Shown here: piece by piece, positions 25,288 through 32,000 of the stretch
Layout of the letters: every line of letters begins with the position of its first letter
Position numbering within the stretch: position 1 is the stretch's first letter
NCBI RefSeq assembly: GCF_000020025.1
Contig: NC_010628.1
Location: 6,420,001-6,452,000 of the forward strand
Origin: Nostoc punctiforme PCC 73102
GTDB taxonomy: Bacteria; Cyanobacteriota; Cyanobacteriia; Cyanobacteriales; Nostocaceae
DNA: 32,000 bases
Reading direction: 5' to 3'
The notes under the pieces: model-generated
Database searches by the model: none
What the model was told of the DNA's origin: nothing
What the model saw: the letters and a program-made list of their open reading frames with translations, nothing else
Program-made: the position numbers and the translations under genes

Positions 25288-26250
25288 CTACTCAGACCTT
25301 TTCATTCTGTCGATTTCGCGTTGTAATTCTTCAATTTGACGGCGCAAAGTTTCTGTTTCATTTGCGGCAGATTCTGCTTTAACATTTACCGAGCCAGAAG
25401 CAGGCGATCGCTGATAATTTCCTCGGCGAATTTGCTGATATTCTTCGGATACTGCCCACGCCCGTAAGTAATGCAGCCGTTCCACTGGGAAAGGATGACT
25501 CAACATCGTACCCTGAGCGCCATTGTATATCAAAAATTTATATATCTGATTCAGTCCATCTTCATCCAGTGCCTGATAATTTTCTGACTGCTTGATAAAC
25601 TCTTGTAAACTACATTCATTGGCATATTTGTGACTACCGCCAGAGAGTTTCATCATGGTTGACATTACCGGATTCAAGTCATCCATCACCAGTAATGCGG
25701 CGCGATCTGACGATAACTCGGCTTTGCGCCGCCACTCAAAAAAGGCGTAAATCAAGCCTTGTGTTACAAGATTACCGAGGTCAAAGGTCAATTCGCCCAA
25801 GGCAGAAGCAGCACTCATCGCCCACATCGCCATTTGAATTAAAATAGTATGACCACATTTAATATGCCCCAGTTCATGGGCTAGCACCGCCCGAATCTCA
25901 GCTTCGTCTAGTAAGTCCAGTATCCCTGTATTTATGACTATGTAAGGATTCTCTTGCCCCAGCGCATAGCTATTAGCTTGGGGATCTTGCGAGACAAACA
26001 GCGCGGGTTCTGGGTAAATGTCCAAATCTCGGACGCATTCCCGAAACATCTGGTAAATAGTGGAATACTGACGCGGCCCGACTTGGATGGTGTTACCCAT
26101 TAGATAGACTAATTGAGGGCGTTCGTAGATAAATTCCACAAATTTACGAGCGATTAAATCAAATCCCGGTAAATTTCGTAAAGCTTGCTCGGCTTGGCGA
26201 TCTAGTGGATGCCTGAAGGCTTCGCTGGAAATTCCTGTGTAAGTTGGCAT
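25288..26250 (-). CDS. M48-family zinc metallopeptidase with C-terminal coiled-coil tail
   Basis: 320-aa ORF. HExxH is in VLAHELGHIKCGH, with a downstream ELSSDRAALL (third ligand region) typical of M48/HtpX-like peptidases. The C-terminal tail is ETLRRQIEELQREIDRMKRSE. Confidence 0.8.
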   Translation of the reverse strand: MPTYTGISSEAFRHPLDRQAEQALRNLPGFDLIARKFVEFIYERPQLVYLMGNTIQVGPRQYSTIYQMFRECVRDLDIYPEPALFVSQDPQANSYALGQENPYIVINTGILDLLDEAEIRAVLAHELGHIKCGHTILIQMAMWAMSAASALGELTFDLGNLVTQGLIYAFFEWRRKAELSSDRAALLVMDDLNPVMSTMMKLSGGSHKYANECSLQEFIKQSENYQALDEDGLNQIYKFLIYNGAQGTMLSHPFPVERLHYLRAWAVSEEYQQIRRGNYQRSPASGSVNVKAESAANETETLRRQIEELQREIDRMKRSE

Positions 26251-26261
26251 AATTCAGGGTA

Positions 26262-26353
26262 TTGGGTGATTGGTAATTTGTCATTGGTCATTGGTCATTA
26301 GTCATTAGCAAAGGACAACTGAACAAAGGACAAATAACAAATGACAAGATAAT
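26262..26353. repeat. STRR heptamer array (STRR2-type TTGGTCA units followed by AAxGACA-type units)
   Basis: The first part reads TTGGTAA TTTGTCA TTGGTCA TTGGTCA TTAGTCA TTAGCAA. It continues as AGGACAA CTGAACA AAGGACA AATAACA AATGACA AGATAAT. It fills the divergent region between the peptidase and the DinG-like gene. Confidence 0.8.
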
Positions 26354-26404
26354 AGAAATGGGGCAATTGGAAGTAAAAATCACTTTGTATGGAATTAAAA
26401 GCGT

Positions 26405-27973
26405 GTGATTGAGGCAGAAGTTCATTTGTCACTACATAACTTTTTGCGATCGCAAGCGGGGTTCCCTTCCTGGCCCCATCATTTGACGATGGCACGGTTG
26501 GTAGCACGCGCCTTGCGCCTGGGACGTAGTGCCCTAATTCAAGTAGGAGCGGTTTGTGGCTATCAAGGGCGGTATCGCACTAGTTTTGTAGCATCAGCCC
26601 TAATGTGGCACGGCCCTGTAATTATTGTTGCTCAAGAACCAGTGCAGCAACTTCTGCTGCGGATAGAAATTCCGCGTCTACAGCAGTGGCTACCAGCCAA
26701 TAAATCAATTAGAACAGGTGACGCTTGGCCTGATGCTGAGTTCCAAGGGCTACTTTTAACCTCTCCAGAAGCTTGGTTAAGAGGACAATTTGCTGGTGGC
26801 GATCGCTTTCCCCAAGGCATCCCCACAATTATTGATGGGGTAGACGATCTCGAAGATTGGGTACGTCATCAACTTACCCAAGATATTCAACCCCATGATT
26901 GGGACGAACTCATATTGGCTTGTCCAAATCAAGCTGAGGCAATTAGCGAAGCACGGATACAACTGACGCACGAACTTTTTCAGCATCCTGTTAATCCATA
27001 TCACTGCTATCTAATTTCCCAGCCAGAAATAGAGATTTTAAGCCGTCTTTGTTTAGCTTTAGAGTCAGTACCATCACTACCAGAACCGTGGAAACAATTC
27101 TGGCAACAATTTCAAACCCTTGATGAAAATCTTTCCCCCCCTGCCTCCCCTGCTCCCCCTCCCCTCTTCTGGGCGACCATAGCCCATAGACAAGGTTTAT
27201 TTTCTTTGCACTATGCCCCAATGGAATTAAGAGAAATCCTCTTACCCTTATGGCAGCGACAACCAGTAGTTTTGATTGGCAGTGCCATAGAACCAGAAAC
27301 AGAGGCTCCTCTTTTTCGACAGCGCCTTGGTTTGGAAGATTTAACTTGTCTAAAATTCTCCTCGGAGAGTCAAGCGGAAGCAATTCAACTTTATGTACCC
27401 TATAAATTGCCTCTACCTAACACGCCAGAATTTCAAGCGGCATTTATTCACAAAGTCCGCACACTGGTTTGTCTGAGTGCTACAGCACCAGGATTAACGG
27501 TTGTTTTGGTGGGAGATGTACCACTCAAGGCTCAAGTGGCGACAATTTTGGCTTCAGAGTTTGGTTCGCGGGTGCAGGTAGAAAAAACTTGTTTAGATGA
27601 AAATGGTATTTTGATTAGTGGTTGGGAATTTTGGCGAGAACATCAACGAGTTTTGCCAGCACCCCATTTGTTAATTATTGCTACTTTGCCTTTGCCATCT
27701 TTAGAAAATCCGCTTGTAGCTGGTAGGGTAGCTCTTTATAAGCGATCGCATCAAGATTGGTTTCGTTTATATTTATTGCCAGCAGCCTTGAATGAATTAC
27801 AAAGAGCGATCGCGCCAGTCCGAGAAAGTCAAGGCATTGTTGCTTTACTTGACAGTCGTGTAGTTAATCGTAGCTACGGCGCTCAAATTCTTACTGCCTT
27901 AAGCCCTCTGGCACGTATTAACTATCTCGACCCAAGTTTGTTTTCTAATACCGATGAGGAAAATTCCGCTTAA
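26405..27973 (+). CDS. Rad3/DinG-related helicase-like protein with degenerate ATPase motifs
   Basis: 522-aa ORF with a GTG start. The C-terminal LLIIATLPLPSLENPLVAGRVALYKRSHQDWFRLYLLPAALNELQRAIAPVRESQGIVALLDSRVVNRSYG resembles the DinG Helicase_C_2 region. No GKT/GKS Walker A is present, and DGVD stands where DEAH is expected. Confidence 0.55.
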   Translation: MIEAEVHLSLHNFLRSQAGFPSWPHHLTMARLVARALRLGRSALIQVGAVCGYQGRYRTSFVASALMWHGPVIIVAQEPVQQLLLRIEIPRLQQWLPANKSIRTGDAWPDAEFQGLLLTSPEAWLRGQFAGGDRFPQGIPTIIDGVDDLEDWVRHQLTQDIQPHDWDELILACPNQAEAISEARIQLTHELFQHPVNPYHCYLISQPEIEILSRLCLALESVPSLPEPWKQFWQQFQTLDENLSPPASPAPPPLFWATIAHRQGLFSLHYAPMELREILLPLWQRQPVVLIGSAIEPETEAPLFRQRLGLEDLTCLKFSSESQAEAIQLYVPYKLPLPNTPEFQAAFIHKVRTLVCLSATAPGLTVVLVGDVPLKAQVATILASEFGSRVQVEKTCLDENGILISGWEFWREHQRVLPAPHLLIIATLPLPSLENPLVAGRVALYKRSHQDWFRLYLLPAALNELQRAIAPVRESQGIVALLDSRVVNRSYGAQILTALSPLARINYLDPSLFSNTDEENSA

Positions 27974-28179
27974 AATCATTCTCATGAGTGCTGTTAGCGT
28001 TAGCGGGGCCCCTAGCTGAGTAAGGAATCTCACTTCTTTACTCAGAAATCAGGACTTGGAACTATTTTGTCCAATTCCCAATTTACATTTTATGAAGGTA
28101 ATGCGATTCATTACCTCTCTATAGCCATGATTCCTGGCAAGATAAATTTAGAACCTAAGTAAAATTTGAGTTGCTGATT

Positions 28180-28395
28180 ATGGGTGAAGCAAAGCGTCGT
28201 AAAACCACACAGGGGGAAACATACGGTCAAGAGACTCGCATCTTGCCTTGGGTTCCCATCACAAAAACTCAAGCTGAACAATTTGTCAGTTGGACTACTC
28301 GCGGTGCCTGGATAGGCATTGGCCTTATGGTTGTAGGATGGGCAACTATCCGTTTTATTGGCCCAGCCTTCGGTTGGTGGCAAGTAGTCTCATAA
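28180..28395 (+). CDS. DUF2839-family small membrane protein
   Basis: ATG at 28180 gives MGEAKRRKTTQGETYGQE...WIGIGLMVVGWATIRFIGPAFGWW. The MGEAKRRK start plus a C-terminal TM helix is the cyanobacterial DUF2839 pattern. Confidence 0.65.
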   Translation: MGEAKRRKTTQGETYGQETRILPWVPITKTQAEQFVSWTTRGAWIGIGLMVVGWATIRFIGPAFGWWQVVS

Positions 28396-28490
28396 ATCCT
28401 GCTGTTAATCTTCTCGCTCCAAGAAACCTTGAATCTTACTCCCCTTTCCTTGTAAAGGACTTGCGTGAAAATAAAGTACCAATAAACCGA

Positions 28491-28535
28491 GTTTCGACAC
28501 TTCGACTGCACTGAGCGCAGTCGAAGTGTCGAAAC
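28491..28535. repeat. Small dispersed hairpin repeat (GTTTCGACACTTCGACTGC / GCAGTCGAAGTGTCGAAAC)
   Basis: Perfect 19-bp inverted repeat with a 7-nt loop, in the convergent intergenic region. Confidence 0.7.
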
Positions 28536-28847
28536 CCATCTGGTTGGGATACTTTAACCCGCAGATCCCTAAGCTATCTATTAGTCTTATTTTTAAGTGA
28601 GTTGTAGTTTTGTTGATAAAGATCCGGGTAATGGATAGCCCGCAAGCAAGAAGGGTATTAAAAGACAATATGGTTCAGTTAAGGTTTTTATAGCTAACTG
28701 AACCGTATTGCATTAAAAGGAGCCAGCGCGGTCTTTTCCCAAATGGAGAGGTAGCACAAAGGGGTTTGCCCAAGTGAACAGCTGGCGTGAGGGATACAAT
28801 GACTTTGGCAATCATAACTATTACCCGCCGGACATGATTGCTAGGAA

Positions 28848-29897
28848 TTACGAATTAGCCCGATCGCAATACACTTCACCAAAGCTATGATCGGCATAAA
28901 TTTCAACCACTAGATCAACTGCTGTTGCATCTTTTACCAAGGGCTTGATAAATAATTCCGGGTGAAGCGATCGCCAAAAATAATTGACAAATTGCTCTAT
29001 CTCTGCATTGCTCATCCCCGACTTACCCGCAGCAATCATCTGCTGTTCTGCCTGTTTGCGCCACTCCAAAGAACAGCGGTAATCGGTTGGATATAGCACA
29101 ATTAAGCTGTCCAATCGATCCCACAGTGGTAAATAATCATGGAGGCGAAGATTCATATCACGAGCAAATGCTCTATCTTCATTTGTGACAATTGGCGGTG
29201 GTGCAGTATCAAATACATCTGTATTAATTGGTCGTACACCCACAAACCAACCTTCAAATAGTACAATATCTACACCTGTTACCATCTCTGGATTAGTGCG
29301 ATCGCCAGCGCCTTTGTATGCAGATTTATCAAAGCGGGGAACCATAACTGAACTTTGCGACTGACGGATCTGATCTAGTACATCTAAGCCTAAATCTACA
29401 TCGTGGGTTCCTGGTGGACCGCGCCAAATCAAGCGGGGATCTTGCTTTAAAACCAAGCGATCGCTGTAAGTTTTATATAAGTCATCCAAAGATAAACTCA
29501 GAGTCCGGTATCCCAACTGATTCAGAATCAAACTGAGAACTTTAGACATTGTGGTTTTACCAGTGCCTTGTCCTCCCAATATTCCCTGAATTAGAGGGCG
29601 TTCCAACTGTTGGCGCTGCGATGCTAGTTTGATCCCCAAAGGCAGCCACAAGTCCCACAATACCTGTAACATTTTCTTTGGTTCGATTTGGAGGGTAGTT
29701 TGGCAAAATTGGCTAAAAGCTGGGAGGACAGATTTTAATAAGTGCGATCGAAAAGCGATCGCTTCGTCGACATTTTCCGGCGCGATCCCAAAAGCTTTTG
29801 CCCTTAACTTATCTGCTAGTGCTGCTTCTCTTGCTTGCTGCTGCCAATTTTCAGTTACAGTTTCTGAAATTAAAATTTCACCCAGCCACAAACTCAT
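28848..29897 (-). CDS. D-glycerate 3-kinase (plant/cyanobacterial GLYK type, photorespiratory)
   Basis: 349-aa ORF. It has the P-loop GILGGQGTGKTTMS, then SLDDLYKT, WRGPPGTHDVDLG, VPRFDKSAYKGAGDR, VLFEGWFVG and EWRKQAEQQM...GMSNAEIEQFVNYF, collinear with plant GLYK as I remember it. Confidence 0.8.
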   Translation of the reverse strand: MSLWLGEILISETVTENWQQQAREAALADKLRAKAFGIAPENVDEAIAFRSHLLKSVLPAFSQFCQTTLQIEPKKMLQVLWDLWLPLGIKLASQRQQLERPLIQGILGGQGTGKTTMSKVLSLILNQLGYRTLSLSLDDLYKTYSDRLVLKQDPRLIWRGPPGTHDVDLGLDVLDQIRQSQSSVMVPRFDKSAYKGAGDRTNPEMVTGVDIVLFEGWFVGVRPINTDVFDTAPPPIVTNEDRAFARDMNLRLHDYLPLWDRLDSLIVLYPTDYRCSLEWRKQAEQQMIAAGKSGMSNAEIEQFVNYFWRSLHPELFIKPLVKDATAVDLVVEIYADHSFGEVYCDRANS

Positions 29898-29902
29898 AAT
29901 TT

Positions 29903-29941
29903 CCCCTTATGCCCCTCTGCTCCCCTGCGCCTCCGCTCCCC
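29903..29941 (-). other. G-quadruplex-type G-tract motif in the 5' leader of the glycerate kinase gene
   Basis: The minus strand reads GGGG-agcggaggcgca-GGGG-agcaga-GGGG-cataa-GGGG-aaatt-ATG. The plus-strand C4 runs are at 29903-06, 29912-15, 29922-25 and 29938-41. Confidence 0.4.
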
Positions 29942-29950
29942 TGCCTATTC

Positions 29951-30283
29951 TCACGATCCCAGCTTAAAGGCTTCGAGAAACAGGCTGTAGGTGAAACCAA
30001 CTTTGAGGAGATTTAGTGAGTCTACAAAGAGCGATCGCCTAGTAAAAAAGCTCTGACTGTAAAATATTCTACTAGTAACTTCAGTTAACACAACTAAAAA
30101 ACCAGCTACCACAATGTCTAATTCTGCCCGTTGACCAGCTGTAGTGGAAACTGCGTTTCCCAGAAAAAAACCAAACAAAAAACTAATTATCAGCAACGAT
30201 AATCGCCGCCAAGGATTTAAAAACCATTGCCCCAAGCGTGTAGCAATGGCATCCAACAAGTTATTCAGACGAGTGTTTTGCAT
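29951..30283 (-). CDS. Ycf20-like (DUF565) membrane protein
   Basis: 110-aa ORF. NPWRRLSLLIISFLFGFFLGNAVSTTAGQ ... LNLLKVGFTYSLFLEAFKLGS, where the terminal AFKLGS is characteristic of Ycf20. Confidence 0.7.
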   Translation of the reverse strand: MQNTRLNNLLDAIATRLGQWFLNPWRRLSLLIISFLFGFFLGNAVSTTAGQRAELDIVVAGFLVVLTEVTSRIFYSQSFFTRRSLFVDSLNLLKVGFTYSLFLEAFKLGS

Positions 30284-30834
30284 CAGATAGACTTCTGGGA
30301 AAAAGTCAAGATATCTTGAAATATCTTTATATTATTAAAAAATATATTGGTTGTAGCCTAAGCTTATTTGTTAATATTATAGATATATGCTGGGTTTCCA
30401 GCGTTGATTTAAATTTCACATCCTATCATCTTTAAGGAAGCACAAGCGGTTTCAAGGCTGCTTGTTCTAACCCAAGATGAAATATATTTATCATCTGGAC
30501 TGGCAAAAGACACTTTGTTGTCTGTGCTAGTATTCTCACGATATTTTTATTTTTCTATACAAATACATTAGCTGGTTCGGTATCTAATTTTCTTGTTTTT
30601 ATCCAAGCCTACGGTTAATACACAAAGCAATTAGTGTCTGTAACTGTTGTTTTTCAGTCATCAATGAAATAATTCCGTCCAAATATTTTCTACCCAAAAT
30701 GATATTTATAATACATTGATGTGTCTAATCTGAATAAAATCTATCTTAAGCTACTTTTTATAATTGCCTTTCGTGATAATAGGCTACTATTTGGTCAAGC
30801 CTAGACAAAATATTTATTTCTAAAAACTATCAAT

Positions 30835-31458
30835 ATGAAATCTTTAGTGTATCGTAACGTCGGTGTTACAGCTTGTTGCTTGGGACTACTTGTTACTCTG
30901 GTGGGATGCTTTGGAGTGAGTGTATCCTTGGAGTCCACAAACCCAGATACATCTTCACAACTGCCAACTGAAACTCAAGAGTGGGAGACAACTTCCTCTA
31001 AACCTGTTTCACCTGAAAAAAGCATTTCCGCTAATCTATCTACTCCAACCAATAAAGTAGAACATAGTAGTAAAGAAAATACTTATCCTGTCTTAGCAGA
31101 GCGTGATAAATCAGCAACCAAAGCTAAGAATCAAGGGACTTTGCGGATGAGTAATCAAACAAATCAACCTGTACGCCTGACTCTACTGGCGCGACAGTCG
31201 GTAGCAAAAGGCTCTGGTACCAAACAGACTCAATATGATGTACCGGCACATTGGGATTTTGCTCCCCAAGAAGGTAGTGAGAAGGGACTGGTTCTATCCC
31301 TACCTCAGAATAATTTAAAGCTGGAAAAGGGAGATATTTTAGTTGCCTTCGCAGAAGATGGCTCCCGTCGTTATTGGGGTCCCTATGTTGTCGGTGAAAC
31401 TCAATTACCTAAATGGAATTCCCAAAACAGAGAATGGCAACTAGTGCTGAGTCCATAA
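30835..31458 (+). CDS. Lipoprotein of unknown function
   Basis: 207-aa ORF. The signal peptide has the lipobox LVGC (…LLVTLVG/CFG). A Ser/Thr/Pro-rich linker is followed by a ~100-aa C-terminal domain. Confidence 0.6.
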   Translation: MKSLVYRNVGVTACCLGLLVTLVGCFGVSVSLESTNPDTSSQLPTETQEWETTSSKPVSPEKSISANLSTPTNKVEHSSKENTYPVLAERDKSATKAKNQGTLRMSNQTNQPVRLTLLARQSVAKGSGTKQTQYDVPAHWDFAPQEGSEKGLVLSLPQNNLKLEKGDILVAFAEDGSRRYWGPYVVGETQLPKWNSQNREWQLVLSP

Positions 31459-31850
31459 TCTATAGCAATCAGAATTGAATTTTCTGTTTGAAAATGCGCT
31501 TATTAAGAGTTATGAAAAACTACAACCTGTAGGAGCAATTTATGTATTGCCCTACGTAAATCAAGCACAGCTTCAAATAGAATCGATATTAGGATTGCTA
31601 AATAGTTACCATAGATAACTTTTGCATTTAGTCTTGTAGATTGACTTTTGTTTCATTTATTTTTACTATTAAACCCCATTATGGTATAGGGCTAGAGTAA
31701 ATACGCTCATCTGATGTTGCTAATAAATAGAGCAATCGGGGCAATCTCGGAAAAACAACTTATTAAGCGTGCTCATTACATTGTTTGAAGTTATGTAGCC
31801 TTTTGATTACGGCCTATCAAACACTGCGGTAAACTATGCGTTGATTATGA

Positions 31851-32000
<150 letters not shown>

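Noticed and set aside
28111-28668. Four overlapping ORFs of 74-90 aa on both strands (28111..28383, 28269..28511, 28290..28514, 28405..28668)
   Set aside because: They overlap the well-supported DUF2839 gene or run through the 19-bp hairpin repeat. They have no motifs, so they are treated as spurious.
28715-28805. Segment ccagcgcggtcttttcccaaatggagaggtagcacaaaggggtttgcccaagtgaacagctggcgtgaggg, considered as a riboswitch or small RNA
   Set aside because: It lies in a convergent 3' region. I could not fit it to any riboswitch or ncRNA consensus I know. It resembles degenerate GC-rich dispersed repeats (CCAGCG...GCTGG ends) common in Nostoc genomes, so there is not enough support.
9993-29967. 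Numerous 60-130-aa ORFs antisense to long genes (e.g. 9993..10205, 10539..10856, 12175..12375, 13962..14249, 14904..15290, 18958..19203, 21939..22139, 22653..23007, 25659..25847, 26632..27383, 29629..29967)
   Set aside because: Each is fully nested opposite a gene with clear family motifs. The translations are compositionally odd (Arg/Ser/Cys-rich or low complexity), and none has an independent ribosome-binding site or motif.

Overview
This looks like a chromosomal segment from a filamentous, heterocyst-forming cyanobacterium (Nostoc/Anabaena type). The evidence is psbA, the 5' end of psaC, a lysS with the cyanobacterial KTSC tail, a plant-type glycerate kinase, a Ycf20-like gene, many HIP1 (GCGATCGC) sites, STRR-type heptamer arrays and numerous small perfect-hairpin dispersed repeats. 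I support about 28 protein-coding genes, one frameshifted Uma2 pseudogene, several hairpin terminators, two sigma70-type promoters and several repeat features. I found no rRNA, tRNA, CRISPR array, transposase or integrase. Two loci deserve most attention. (1) On the minus strand at 17645..21659 sits a HigB/Gp49-like toxin, 4-nt coupled to an unusually long XRE-HTH partner. Twin perfect 16-bp palindromic operators overlap its promoter, and 68 nt downstream on the same strand lies a 921-aa TPR-CHAT caspase-like protease with an intact His/Cys dyad. This is a candidate TA-like/CHAT conflict module. (2) At 6421..11419 two paralogous small secreted proteins of unknown family lie next to an AT-rich 1087-aa gene. 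That gene encodes three 53-aa tandem repeats and a C-terminal outer-membrane beta-barrel, giving a candidate surface/secretion module. Smaller observations are listed below:
- an in-frame STRR-like heptamer array inside a histidine kinase sensor domain
- a 1-nt frameshift in a C6 tract of a Uma2 gene
- a DinG-like protein with degenerate ATPase motifs
- a G4-type tract covering the glycerate kinase ribosome-binding region
- a SucD-like fragment that appears to lack the phosphohistidine
- one hairpin repeat family placed at 3' ends of genes
All family assignments come from motif recognition by eye. No database search was run.
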